From Thermodesulfobacteriota bacterium (GTDB taxonomy: Bacteria; Desulfobacterota; Desulfobacteria; Desulfobacterales; SURF-7), in the NCBI GenBank assembly GCA_049320885.1, contig JBMORA010000034.1, forward strand, positions 32,001 to 96,000: 64,000 bases of DNA, given 5' to 3'. Under the pieces are notes generated by a model. It searched no databases. It saw only the letters and a list, made by a program, of their open reading frames with translations, and was not told the origin of the DNA. A program made the position numbers and the translations under genes. Shown here piece by piece: positions 40,262-50,614 of this stretch (within the stretch, counting starts at the first letter, position 1; each line of letters starts with the position of its first letter).

Positions 40262-41568
40262 AATTGGCCATCCATGGGGGAAAACCGGTCAGAAGCAAAC
40301 CTTTTCCCAGACACACCACCATCGGCGAGGAGGAGAAAACCGCGGTCGCCAGGGTGCTGGAATCCGGGGTCTTGTCCAAATACCTGGGATGCTGGCATGA
40401 AAACTTCATGGGCGGCCCCGAAGTGCGCGCCCTGGAGGAGGAATGGGCCGACTTCTTCGGTGTTCGTCACGCCATTGCCGTCAATTCCTGCACTTCCGGA
40501 TTGTATTGCGCCGTCGGCGCCATCGCCACGGAACCCGGCGACGAAATCATCGTTACGCCCTACACCATGAGCGCCACCGCCATGGCACCCCTCATATACA
40601 ACGCCGTACCGGTCTTCGCGGACATCGAAGCCGATTTTTTCTGCCTGGATCCGCAAGCGGTGGAGAAAAAAATCACCTCCCGCACCCGGGCGATCCTCAC
40701 GGTGGATCTTTTCGGACACCCCTATGATGCCGATGCCATCAGCACCCTTGCCCGCAAGCACGGGTTGTACGTCATCGAGGACACAGCCCAGGCGCCGGGC
40801 GCCCGATACCACGGAAAACCCGCCGGCACCCTGGGGGATATCGGAATCTACTCCCTCAATTACCACAAACACATCCATTGCGGAGAAGGCGGCGTGGTCG
40901 TGACCGAAGACGACGCCATCGCGGAACGGATCCGTCTGATCCGCAATCATGCCGAAGCGGTCGTCGAGGATAAAGGCGTTGCCGACATCGTCAACCTGAT
41001 CGGTTTCAATTTCCGCATGACCGAAATGGAAGCTGCCGTGGCCCGTTGCCAACTGAAAAAATTGCCGGACTTGCTCGAAAAACGTCTGGCGAACGAGGCC
41101 TGCCTGGCCAAAAAACTGGCTCAAATTCCGGCGCTTATTCCCCCCAAGACCCGCGAAGACTGCCAACATGTTTTTTATATGCATGCCTGCAAATTCGATG
41201 ACCGGGAAGGAGGAATTTCCCGGGATCGCTTCATCGCCGCCGTCCGGGCCGAATTGCCGGTTTTTGAAGGCCGGGAATCCGAAGGCGTCCGTCTGGCATG
41301 CGGTTATGTGAGACCGTTGTATCTGCAACCGATCTTTCAAAAAAAGACCGCCTATGGTTCGCAGGGCTTTCCGTTCCATCATTTCCGGCGGCCGGAGGAA
41401 ATCACCTACCGCAAGGGGGACTGCCCGGTATGCGAGCGCATGCATGAGCGCGAGCTGTTCATCCATGAACTGATGCTGCCATCCCTGTCTGTTGACGATC
41501 TGGACGACGTGTTCCGGGCATTTGAAAAAGTCTGGGAAAACCGGACGGACTTGAGGGAGCGGTCATGA
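40258..41568 (+). CDS. DegT/DnrJ/EryC1/StrS aminotransferase
   Basis: NSCTSGL, PVFADI, IEDTAQAPG, SLNYHKHIHCGEGG, GFNFRM. Confidence 0.93.
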   Translation: MKLAIHGGKPVRSKPFPRHTTIGEEEKTAVARVLESGVLSKYLGCWHENFMGGPEVRALEEEWADFFGVRHAIAVNSCTSGLYCAVGAIATEPGDEIIVTPYTMSATAMAPLIYNAVPVFADIEADFFCLDPQAVEKKITSRTRAILTVDLFGHPYDADAISTLARKHGLYVIEDTAQAPGARYHGKPAGTLGDIGIYSLNYHKHIHCGEGGVVVTEDDAIAERIRLIRNHAEAVVEDKGVADIVNLIGFNFRMTEMEAAVARCQLKKLPDLLEKRLANEACLAKKLAQIPALIPPKTREDCQHVFYMHACKFDDREGGISRDRFIAAVRAELPVFEGRESEGVRLACGYVRPLYLQPIFQKKTAYGSQGFPFHHFRRPEEITYRKGDCPVCERMHERELFIHELMLPSLSVDDLDDVFRAFEKVWENRTDLRERS

Positions 41569-42131
41569 CGACACTTGCCGGCGCCATCCAGACGAAACGG
41601 CTTTCAATGACGCCTTTCACCGAACGGCATATCAACGATCGCTATCTGGGCTGGTTGAACGACAAGACGCTGATGCGATACAGCGAACAGCGCCATCGCC
41701 GCCATACACGGGAATCGGCCCTGGAGTATCTGCGATCCTTCCATGGGAGCTCCAATTACTTCTGGGCCATAGAGGAGATTCCGGACGGGCTCGGTCATAT
41801 CGGGAATATCAACGCCTATGTGGACCGGAACAATCTGGTGGCGGATATCGGCATCCTGATCGGTGAACCGGCCGCCCGCAAAAAGGGCTACGGCCTGGAA
41901 GCATGGAAAGGTGTCTGCGGGTTTCTGCTCGGGGAGCTTGGCATGCGGAAGATTACCGCCGGAACCATGGCGCGCAACCTTCCCATGATTCATCTGATGC
42001 AGCGGGCGGGCATGATCCCGGACGGTATCCGCAAACGCCACTATCTGCTGGAAGGCCTTGAAGTGGATATTCTTCATATGGCCGTTTTTCAGACGGCCGA
42101 ACCATCCAAGAAAGAGGAAGATGCGTCATGA
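41565..42131 (+). CDS. GNAT N-acetyltransferase
   Basis: YLGWLND, HIGNI, DIGILIGE, KGYG.EAW, RKITAG. Confidence 0.85.
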   Translation: MTTLAGAIQTKRLSMTPFTERHINDRYLGWLNDKTLMRYSEQRHRRHTRESALEYLRSFHGSSNYFWAIEEIPDGLGHIGNINAYVDRNNLVADIGILIGEPAARKKGYGLEAWKGVCGFLLGELGMRKITAGTMARNLPMIHLMQRAGMIPDGIRKRHYLLEGLEVDILHMAVFQTAEPSKKEEDAS

Positions 42132-43309
42132 ATTCCACAACGAAACCGCTTTTCGATCATTTGCGATATTGCATCCGGTGCTGCATGCCGGAAACCCAGG
42201 AGGGCATCCAATTCGACGAATTCGGCATCTGCCGGGCCTGCCAGTCCTCCGAACAAAAAATTCACATCAACTGGGTTGAACGGGAAAAAGCGTTGTCGGC
42301 CATTCTGGAAAAGGCCCGGAGCCAGGCCGGGGATAATTATGACTGTATCATCCCCATCAGCGGCGGCAAGGACAGCACTTTCCAGCTCCATGTGCTGGTC
42401 AGGGTCTATGGCATGAAGCCGCTGGCGGTCACCTTCAGCCACAACTGGTTCAGCCGGACGGGATGGTACAATCTCCAGAACGCCCTGGAAAAATTCAATG
42501 TCGACCACATGATGTTCACTCCCAACCGCGATCTGGTGAACCGTATCGCCCGCAAATCCGTGGAGGCCATAGGCGATTCCTGCTGGCACTGTCATGCGGG
42601 GGTCGGAGCCTTTCCGCTCCAGATCGCCGCCCGCTTCCGGATTCCTCTGTTGATCTGGGGCGAATCCATCGCCGAATCCTCGGGCCGGGCCTCCTATCTC
42701 AATCCGGTCCGCAAATTCGACCGGGAATACTTCACCAAGGTTTCCGCCAAATTGAGACCGGACCAGATGATCTGCGACACCCTTTCCGCGAGGGATCTGT
42801 ATCCCTTCCAGGTTCCTTCCGCCGAAGAATGCGAGAAAGCGGGGATCTTCGGCATTCATCTCGGCGACTATATTTTCTGGGACGACGAACGCCAGACCGA
42901 ATTCGTCCGGGACACCTATGGCTGGCGGGAAACGGAAATGGAAGGCACGTACAAGCGGTATAAAAGCGCCGAGTGCATCATGGCGGGAATGCATGATTTC
43001 ACCTGCTACCTGAAGCGCGGATACGGCCGCGGCACGTTTCATGCTTCCGTGGATGTCCGCAACGGTCTCCTGACCCGTGAAGAGGGCTTTTCCCTGGCGG
43101 GGGAACATGATCCGGTCCGTCCTGAATCCTTGGATTATTTTCTGCGGATCACCGGCCTTTCCGAAGCGGAGTTTTATGACATCATGGAAAAAAACAGGGT
43201 AAAGCAACTTCAGGGGAAGACCATCCCCGTCAAGGCCAAGAAGCAACCGCACAGCGAACGGTTGCTTCCTTTTCCGGAACAACTGATCCATGAAGAAGGT
43301 AAAAACTGA
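42128..43309 (+). CDS. N-acetyl sugar amidotransferase (PseA/WbpG-like)
   Basis: N-terminal CxxC..CxxC, PP-loop SGGKDS, WGE, KRGYGR, VRNGLLTREE. Confidence 0.88.
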   Translation: MNSTTKPLFDHLRYCIRCCMPETQEGIQFDEFGICRACQSSEQKIHINWVEREKALSAILEKARSQAGDNYDCIIPISGGKDSTFQLHVLVRVYGMKPLAVTFSHNWFSRTGWYNLQNALEKFNVDHMMFTPNRDLVNRIARKSVEAIGDSCWHCHAGVGAFPLQIAARFRIPLLIWGESIAESSGRASYLNPVRKFDREYFTKVSAKLRPDQMICDTLSARDLYPFQVPSAEECEKAGIFGIHLGDYIFWDDERQTEFVRDTYGWRETEMEGTYKRYKSAECIMAGMHDFTCYLKRGYGRGTFHASVDVRNGLLTREEGFSLAGEHDPVRPESLDYFLRITGLSEAEFYDIMEKNRVKQLQGKTIPVKAKKQPHSERLLPFPEQLIHEEGKN

Positions 43310-44717
43310 TCCAACGGCGGCGTTATCCGCATTCGAGGTGCTGGTTATGAAACATGACGGTTTTCTGGATTTGAGTGTACGCGACATTCTGGACGGATAT
43401 CGCAAGCGGCGCTTTCTTCCCCGGGATGTGGCCCGGCATTGCATCAACATGACCGAAAAACTGGATGGACGCTACAAGGCCTTTGAACGGTTCGATCCTG
43501 AAAAACTCATGGCCCTGGCCCTGGATGCCGAACAGCGCCTGGCGGCGGAAATTCCATTGCGGGCGCTGGAAGGCATCCCCGTCGGCGTGAAAGACATCTT
43601 TAACACCATCGATTTCCCCACCCAGATGGGGAGTCCGATCTGGAAAGATTTCCAAGCTGGTAACGACGCCCGGGTGGTGTATAGCCTGAAACAGGCCGGC
43701 GCCTTGATTCCGGGGAAAACCGTCACCGCCGAATTCGCCGTCCATACCCTGCAAAAAACCATCAATCCGCATGCGGCGGACCGCACTCCGGGCACATCTT
43801 CCAGCGGTTCCGCGGTGGCTGTGGCGACCGGCATGCTGCCTGTCGCCATCGGCACCCAGACGGCCGGCTCCATCGTCAGGCCGGCGAGCTTCTGCGGGAT
43901 TTACGGCTGCAAGCCCTCTTTCGGCCTGATTCCGCGCACGGGCAGCCTGAAAACCACCGACAGTCTGGATACCATCGGATTCTTCACCACCCATGTAACG
44001 GATTTGGAACTGGTTTTCGACGTGTTGCGCGTCCACGGTCTGAATTATCCCCTCAGCCATCGCATATTGCATGATGAAACCCGCCAGAAAAAACCGGATT
44101 CCAGACCATGGCGGGTGGCCCTGGTGAAAACTCACACATGGGAATACGCTCCCGAATATGCCCGCGAATCCATCCAGGACTGGAGTAAACGCCTCTCCCG
44201 GGATACCGCCATTGAGGTGATGGAGAAGGAATTGCCCGGCGAAATGGCGGAAGCCCATGAGGTGCATGCCACCATTTATGATTGCACCCTCGCTTATTAT
44301 TTCAAGGAAGAGTACAAGAAAAAAGAGCTTGTCTCGCCCATCATGAACGCCATCATCGAGCGCGGCATGCGCGTCTCCCCCAACGACTACCAGGCAGCCT
44401 TGAAGCGCCAGGAAGTTTTGGCGGCGTCCATGGAAATCTTTTTCGAAAACGTGGATGCGCTTGTCTGCCTCAGTACCGCCGGGGAAGCCCCCTTGCGGGA
44501 AATCACGGAGAAACCGGACCCGGCCCTGATGTGGACCCTGACCCATCTGCCTGTAATCAGCGCGCCGGTGTTCAGGTCTCCCGGCGGGCTGCCGTTCGGC
44601 GCCCAACTGGCGGCGAGGAGGTATAACGATAAACTGCTGTTCCGGTTCGCTGAATATCTTCATGGTCGGGATCTGATTCCCACCGGACCGAATCCGCGCG
44701 CGCGGATTTTAGAATAG
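43290..44717 (+). CDS. Amidase signature (GatA-like) protein
   Basis: GIPVGVKD, GKTVTAEFA, TPGTSSSGSA, GTQTAGSIVRPASFCG. Confidence 0.9.
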   Translation: MKKVKTDPTAALSAFEVLVMKHDGFLDLSVRDILDGYRKRRFLPRDVARHCINMTEKLDGRYKAFERFDPEKLMALALDAEQRLAAEIPLRALEGIPVGVKDIFNTIDFPTQMGSPIWKDFQAGNDARVVYSLKQAGALIPGKTVTAEFAVHTLQKTINPHAADRTPGTSSSGSAVAVATGMLPVAIGTQTAGSIVRPASFCGIYGCKPSFGLIPRTGSLKTTDSLDTIGFFTTHVTDLELVFDVLRVHGLNYPLSHRILHDETRQKKPDSRPWRVALVKTHTWEYAPEYARESIQDWSKRLSRDTAIEVMEKELPGEMAEAHEVHATIYDCTLAYYFKEEYKKKELVSPIMNAIIERGMRVSPNDYQAALKRQEVLAASMEIFFENVDALVCLSTAGEAPLREITEKPDPALMWTLTHLPVISAPVFRSPGGLPFGAQLAARRYNDKLLFRFAEYLHGRDLIPTGPNPRARILE

Positions 44718-44762
44718 CGACATCTGGCGCGCCAAGCGTCGGTCAAGAGAAGGAGCGGAAAT

Positions 44763-47681
44763 ATGGAAGCTGACGGCCATTTCCTGGAGAACAACACCAA
44801 ACTGCTGCAACAGCATCACCCGCGGGTATGGGAAGCATTGAAACGGTATGCCGATGAACCCATCGGCGAAATCCGGCTCGCCGGAGAAGGGAAACCGACC
44901 CTGTGGATGAAGGATGACGCCGGCGCCGAGTACTTCCTTCACGATACCAAAAACCCCGAGGCGGAGCTGAAAGACTTTTTCGCCCTGGTGCCGGAAAACA
45001 CGACGGGCACCGTCATATTCGTGGGCATGGGGCTGGGATACGCGCCGCTTGCCATGCTCCGGAGCCGCACCCGGATGCGCCACATGCTGATCCTCGAACC
45101 GAAAACCGGCTTCTTCCTCCAGGCGCTCCGCGCACTGGATCTGGGCCCGCTCCTGACCGACAGCCGCGTGACATTCGCCGTGGGTCCGGATATCAACGTC
45201 CCGGCCTGCATGCAGCCCATGTCCCGGGCTCTGCTTCTGGAAAGCACCCATATCCTGAACCATCTGTCCTCGGCCAGAATTTTCCCCCAAATCTACCAGA
45301 ACTTGTACGACGAAGTCTATAAGCAGGGAAACACCTTGAATGTCGGGGGCCTCACCATCCGGACATTCGGGCGGAAATTCATTGAAAACCGGCTGCGCCA
45401 TCTGAGCGCCATCCATCATCAACACCTCCTGGAACATCTCCTGGGCGCTTTTTCCGGCAAACCGGCGATTATCGTCGCCGGCGGCCCCTCGCTGAACAAC
45501 AACATTCACCACCTTTGCGCCGCCAAGGGCAAGGCGGTCATTATCGCCGTGGACACGGTGCTGCCCGCCCTCCTGGCACACGGTATCTCCCCGGATTTCA
45601 CCACCGCCATCGATATGCAGGACATCGTCATGGAAAAAATCGTGGATGTTTCCGACAGGGCCGACACTTCCCTGGTGTGCGCCTCCTGGGTCAGCCCGAC
45701 CATTCCGAAAATTTTTCCCGCCCGTCAGGTTTACTGGGCCTTCGCGGCCAAACATATGGAAAAATGGATCAGCGACATGCTGGGCGGCCGGTTCCTGACC
45801 AACGGAGCCGGCACCGTGGCCCACCTCAATATGACCACGGCCCTCCTGCTCGGCTGCTCCCCCATCATCTTCGTCGGACAAGACCTGGCGTACACCAACC
45901 GCCAGGATCATGCCGGCCACACGTCTCTCACCCAGAAGGATGATCTGACTTCCCTGTATGAGCGCAATGAGATCCAATGGGTGGACGGATACGGCGGCCA
46001 GAAAGTCCCCACAACAAGGGGCTGGCTCAGCGACAAGCACCATTTTGAATGGATGATCGCCGCCAATCCGGACCGGCGTTTTATCAATTCAACGGAGGGC
46101 GGTGTCCGCATCGAGGGTGCGGAAGAAATCGACCTTCGGACGGCGCTTTCCACCTGGTGCCTGGATTCCATCGATATCCCGGCCATTATCGACAAGTCCC
46201 ACGCCGGCGGGAAAATGCCCGGCCGACGCAAAATGATGGAAGAGGTCGGGCGTCTGCTGAGGAATATCGCGGGAATCGAAAAAGACATGGACCAACTGGC
46301 CGCTGTTTCGGCGAAACTCCAAAAGGAGTTCACCCGTCTTCGGAACGGCGGGAGCGGCCACTCCTGTTTCGATTCCCTGCCCATGGAACTCAAGCGGCAG
46401 GTGCACACCCTGGACACCCTGAACGACCGCCTGGACAAATCCATCGTCTGGGCGCTCCTGGACGAGGTCACCATGGAAGGGCTCCTCCAGAGCGAGCGAC
46501 TGAACCACGAACTCCGGCAGTTGGAAGGCCGCCCGGAAAAATATCTGGAATGGATCGGGAAAAGCATCGAGCGCTTCCTGCTCATCAATCGATGCCGCGG
46601 TGATGTCCTGAAGCCCTTCAAGCAACAACTGAAAACCGTGCTGGAAAGACTGCGGCGGGAAAATCTGCTCCTGAAAAAACTCCAGGAGAAAGACCCCCGA
46701 TCCGGCCGGTACCTGCTGGAACTGTTATCGCTCTACTATGAAGACGGCGACCATGTGCTCCTTCAACGGGCCATCGAGGCAATCGACCCGAAAGAGGCGC
46801 GGAACGCCGAAATATCGTTTTACCTCGGGGCCGTTGCAGCCCATCAGTCCCTGTTTGAGAAGGCGGAATCCCGTTTCGCCGAGGCCCTGGCCCTCGATGC
46901 CTCGCTGGCCGCCCGGATTGAGGACTGCCGGCGAAGGCTCGCGGACCGCTATATCACTTTCAGCCGCGAATGGGAGCGGAATGACCGGGACGTGGCCCGC
47001 CGGCTGCTGTTCAAGGGTCTCCGTCATTGCCCCGGTCATCCGGTATTGGGAAAAACCCTGGCCGGCCAGGCCGCCGAATTGTTGCGCCAAGCGGACGAAG
47101 CCGCTGAAAAAAAGACTCCGGCACCGCAAGCCGAGGCTTTCCGCCCCTGGTGCGAGGCCCTGACCGCCATCCCCGGGCTGGTCGCGGTCATCGGTGCGGA
47201 GAAAGCCGCCTTGCTGTACCGCCATTATGGTCACGGTCTGGTGGCCGAAAACCGGCATGCCCGGGCAGCGGAAGCATTTGCCGCCGCCGCCGACCTTTCG
47301 CCCGACGATCCGGCCCTGTATATCTTCCTGGCCGATGCGGCCTTCGCCGCCGATGATCCGGACCGCGGCGTGGCCTGTCTGGACAAGGCCGTGTCCCTTG
47401 ACCGCCGGTACGCCCAGTTCTGGGAAACCATGGGGGATAACCTCGCCGCTGCCGGACAGCCCCGGGATGCCGTTTCCGCCTATGAGCGCTGTCTCCTGAC
47501 CATGCCGGAACATTTCATCCTCTTCAAAAAGATCGGTGACTGTTATATGGCCATGGAGCAACCCCAGGCGGCCCTGACGGCCTACCGGCATTTCAAGGCC
47601 AAAACCACCGGCAACAACCCCGCGGGTCCCGATGACTCCGGGCTTGGAAAAGAGGTGTCGAGTCATGGGACTTCCTGCTGA
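44763..47681 (+). CDS. Motility-associated factor (Maf/DUF115) flagellin glycosyltransferase with C-terminal TPRs
   Basis: GMGLGY, AGGPSL, IAVD, PDF, GTVAH, GCSPIIFVGQDLAY, INSTEGG; TPR-like tail. Confidence 0.88.
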   Translation: MEADGHFLENNTKLLQQHHPRVWEALKRYADEPIGEIRLAGEGKPTLWMKDDAGAEYFLHDTKNPEAELKDFFALVPENTTGTVIFVGMGLGYAPLAMLRSRTRMRHMLILEPKTGFFLQALRALDLGPLLTDSRVTFAVGPDINVPACMQPMSRALLLESTHILNHLSSARIFPQIYQNLYDEVYKQGNTLNVGGLTIRTFGRKFIENRLRHLSAIHHQHLLEHLLGAFSGKPAIIVAGGPSLNNNIHHLCAAKGKAVIIAVDTVLPALLAHGISPDFTTAIDMQDIVMEKIVDVSDRADTSLVCASWVSPTIPKIFPARQVYWAFAAKHMEKWISDMLGGRFLTNGAGTVAHLNMTTALLLGCSPIIFVGQDLAYTNRQDHAGHTSLTQKDDLTSLYERNEIQWVDGYGGQKVPTTRGWLSDKHHFEWMIAANPDRRFINSTEGGVRIEGAEEIDLRTALSTWCLDSIDIPAIIDKSHAGGKMPGRRKMMEEVGRLLRNIAGIEKDMDQLAAVSAKLQKEFTRLRNGGSGHSCFDSLPMELKRQVHTLDTLNDRLDKSIVWALLDEVTMEGLLQSERLNHELRQLEGRPEKYLEWIGKSIERFLLINRCRGDVLKPFKQQLKTVLERLRRENLLLKKLQEKDPRSGRYLLELLSLYYEDGDHVLLQRAIEAIDPKEARNAEISFYLGAVAAHQSLFEKAESRFAEALALDASLAARIEDCRRRLADRYITFSREWERNDRDVARRLLFKGLRHCPGHPVLGKTLAGQAAELLRQADEAAEKKTPAPQAEAFRPWCEALTAIPGLVAVIGAEKAALLYRHYGHGLVAENRHARAAEAFAAAADLSPDDPALYIFLADAAFAADDPDRGVACLDKAVSLDRRYAQFWETMGDNLAAAGQPRDAVSAYERCLLTMPEHFILFKKIGDCYMAMEQPQAALTAYRHFKAKTTGNNPAGPDDSGLGKEVSSHGTSC

Positions 47682-49542
47682 CAAACCGGCGGTGGCCGCC
47701 ATCCTGGAACAGGGAATCCAGCTTCACCGATCCCAAAGGTTCCCGGAGGCCGCGGCCGCCTATGATCGACTTCTCCGGCTCGATCCGGACAATGCCGATG
47801 CGCTGCACCTTTTGGGTGTGATCGCCAGCCAGACCGGCCAGCATGAACGCGCGGCACGCCTCATCGACGAGGCCATCCGTCGCAACCCTGCGGCGCCGGA
47901 ATTTTACAACAGCCTGGGAGCCGTCAAACAGGCCATGGGACGGGTGAAAGAAGCCGTCAGTCTCTACCTCCAGGCCGTCAACCTGCATGGCGAGTATCTG
48001 GAGGCCTATTACAACCTGCTGCGGCTCCTGCCCGACAATGCGGATATCCCTTTCAAAATCGGCTTTGTCCTTCACCGCCAGGGAAAACGGGACGACGCCA
48101 TGCGCCATTACGAAACGGCCCTCGCCATCCAGCCGGACCATGCGGACGCCCTCAACAATCTCGGCTGCGCGCATCGGGAGCTTGGAAACCTTGACGAGGC
48201 CCTGGGCTGTTTTCAGCGGGCGGCCCGGGTACGGCCGGATTTCGCGGACGCCCATCATAACCTCGGTTTTGTGTTGCATGAAAAAGAGCGGTACGAGGAA
48301 GCACTGGTCCATTACCGCGCGGCCCTGTCCCTGGAGCCGCATCGCGCCGACACCCACATGGACCTGGGCCGGACCCATCAGCGCATGGGGGATCTCGCGG
48401 AAGCCGTCCGCTGCTATCAACGGGCGGTGGACATCCGGCCGGATCACTCCAAGGCGCTTTACAACTGGGCCTGTGCCTTGCATGAACTCGGCCGGGACGA
48501 CGACGCCGTCGACCAATACGCCGAAGCCGTCCGCCGGGATCCCGGCCACGTTGAGGCCCATGTCAACCGGGCCTTCATCCTGTTGCTGAACGGCCGGTAC
48601 AAGGAAGGCTGGCCGGAATATGAATGGCGCCTGCAACGTCCGGACTGGCTTTCGGTCAACCACCGGTATGCGGACATCCCCCCCTGGAACGACGTCACCA
48701 AAAGCCGGGACCGCATCCTGGTAATCGCCGAACAGGGGATGGGCGACACCATTCAATTTTCCCGCTATCTGCCCCTGGTCAAATCCCGCTGCCGCAAGCT
48801 CCTGTTGCACGTCCAACCGGAGCTGATGCCCTTGTTCGCGACATGCCCCGTCATCGACGAACTGATCACCGCGCAACCAGGCCAAACCCCCGAGGCCGAT
48901 GCCGCGGTTCATATCATGAGCCTGGCGGGCCTGTTCGGCACCACCCCGGAGACGATTCCGTCTGTTTTTCCGTATCTCACAGCGCCCCGGGAAAAAATGG
49001 CAATATGGGACGCGAGGATACCGAAGGCTGGAATCAATATCGGTATCGCCTGGTCCGGCAATCCGGCATATCCGGGCAACCGGGAGCGTTCCTGTCCCCT
49101 CCGGTGTTTTGAACCCATTGCCGACATTCCGTCCGTACGCCTGTACAGCCTGCAGAAAGGCCGGGCGGCGGAAGAGCTTCATACGCTTCCGTCCGGCATG
49201 CAACTCACCGATCTCGGTCCGGATTTGAACGATTTCGCCGATACCGCGGCGGCCGTCATGCACCTGGACCTGATCGTTTCCGTGGATACCGCCATTGTCC
49301 ATCTGGCCGGCGCCCTGAACAAACCTGTCTGGACCCTCCGGTATCACATTCCCTACTGGGTATGGGGCCTCCGGGGCAACCGAACCCCATGGTACCCATC
49401 CATGCGCATTTTCCGCCAGCAACGACCCGGGGACTGGGAGGAATTGTTTCAGCGGGTAACGGACGGATTGCTCCAGATCACCCGCCAATCATCCGCCGAG
49501 GCGTTGTCCGCTTCATTCCCGAAAGGCTGGGACCATGTCTGA
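47665..49542 (+). CDS. TPR-containing glycosyltransferase (GT-B)
   Basis: Multiple TPRs, GWPEYEWR, EQGMGDTIQFSRY, GIAWSGNP, VSVDTAIVHLAGAL, WYPSMRIFRQ. Confidence 0.88.
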   Translation: MGLPADKPAVAAILEQGIQLHRSQRFPEAAAAYDRLLRLDPDNADALHLLGVIASQTGQHERAARLIDEAIRRNPAAPEFYNSLGAVKQAMGRVKEAVSLYLQAVNLHGEYLEAYYNLLRLLPDNADIPFKIGFVLHRQGKRDDAMRHYETALAIQPDHADALNNLGCAHRELGNLDEALGCFQRAARVRPDFADAHHNLGFVLHEKERYEEALVHYRAALSLEPHRADTHMDLGRTHQRMGDLAEAVRCYQRAVDIRPDHSKALYNWACALHELGRDDDAVDQYAEAVRRDPGHVEAHVNRAFILLLNGRYKEGWPEYEWRLQRPDWLSVNHRYADIPPWNDVTKSRDRILVIAEQGMGDTIQFSRYLPLVKSRCRKLLLHVQPELMPLFATCPVIDELITAQPGQTPEADAAVHIMSLAGLFGTTPETIPSVFPYLTAPREKMAIWDARIPKAGINIGIAWSGNPAYPGNRERSCPLRCFEPIADIPSVRLYSLQKGRAAEELHTLPSGMQLTDLGPDLNDFADTAAAVMHLDLIVSVDTAIVHLAGALNKPVWTLRYHIPYWVWGLRGNRTPWYPSMRIFRQQRPGDWEELFQRVTDGLLQITRQSSAEALSASFPKGWDHV

Positions 49543-50320
49543 TCATCCTGTTTTCAACAAACTGAAGCCATGCCGGCATGGCGCCATGCTGTATAACATC
49601 AACGATCAATATATCGGCAAATCCCTGGATATGTATGGCGAATACAGCGAAATGGAAATCGCTCTTTTCGATCAGATCCTGCAACCAGGCCAGGTGGTCC
49701 TGGACGTGGGCGCCAACATCGGCGCCTACACGCTGTATTTCGCGAAAAAGGTGGGCGACGCCGGCGCCGTGCACGCCTTCGAACCCCAGCGGCTTGTATT
49801 CCAGACCCTGTGCGCCAACATGGCCCTCAACAGCATTGTCAACGCGCACTGCCGCAACGCCGCCCTGGGAACCACAGCGGGCACGATTAGGGTTCCCGAT
49901 ATCAAACCATGGATTTCATTCAACTTCGGCGGCCTGACCCTCGGCGACCACGAAACCGGCAACCCGGTTCCACTCTTGCGCCTGGACGACCTGGGAATCG
50001 GCGCCTGTCATTTCATGAAAATCGATGTGGAAGGAATGGAGCTGGAGGTTCTGAAAGGCGGCTCCTCCCTCATCCGGGCATGCAACCCGGTTCTGTATGT
50101 GGAAAACGACCGGCAGGAAAAATCCGCCGATCTGGTGGCGTATCTATCCGAACTGGGTTATGATCTGTTCTGGCATCTGCCGCCGCTCTACAATCCGGAT
50201 AATTTTTTTCAAAACCGGGAGAATGTTTTCGGTACCATCGTATCCCAAAACATGCTCTGTCTCCCCAAAACAGCGGACTATAAAATGGACGGCTTTCAGC
50301 GGGTGGAGATACCCGTTTGA
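49535..50320 (+). CDS. FkbM family methyltransferase
   Basis: DVGANIG, AFEPQ, NFGG, KIDVEGME. Confidence 0.92.
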   Translation: MSDHPVFNKLKPCRHGAMLYNINDQYIGKSLDMYGEYSEMEIALFDQILQPGQVVLDVGANIGAYTLYFAKKVGDAGAVHAFEPQRLVFQTLCANMALNSIVNAHCRNAALGTTAGTIRVPDIKPWISFNFGGLTLGDHETGNPVPLLRLDDLGIGACHFMKIDVEGMELEVLKGGSSLIRACNPVLYVENDRQEKSADLVAYLSELGYDLFWHLPPLYNPDNFFQNRENVFGTIVSQNMLCLPKTADYKMDGFQRVEIPV

Positions 50321-50365
50321 CATGGACTTCCACGGATGATATACATTTAATATGGTGTATATCAT
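50317..50365 (+). promoter_or_regulatory. Promoter and palindromic operator of the AbrB-VapC module
   Basis: TTGACA at 50317; inverted repeat ATGATATACA-N10-TGTATATCAT (50336-50365). Confidence 0.6.
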
Positions 50366-50380
50366 AAAAGGAGGTCTCCC

Positions 50381-50614
50381 ATGCAAGTCTCTAAATGGGG
50401 TAACAGCTTGGCGATTCGCTTGCCCGCTTCCGTGGTCCAACTGCTGGAGCTGCGCGAAGGGGACGACATCGAAGTATTGATCGCCGATGAACGTGTCTTT
50501 CAGGTCAGAAGAAAACCCTGTAAAGAAGACGTTCTATCGCGGTTACGAAAATTCCGGGGGAAACTGCCGGCAGATTTCAAGTTTGACCGGGATGATGCCA
50601 ATGCCCGCACCTAA
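50381..50614 (+). CDS. AbrB/MazE-family antitoxin
   Basis: KWGNSLAIRLP..LREGD; ends FKFDRDDANAR. Confidence 0.92.
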   Translation: MQVSKWGNSLAIRLPASVVQLLELREGDDIEVLIADERVFQVRRKPCKEDVLSRLRKFRGKLPADFKFDRDDANART

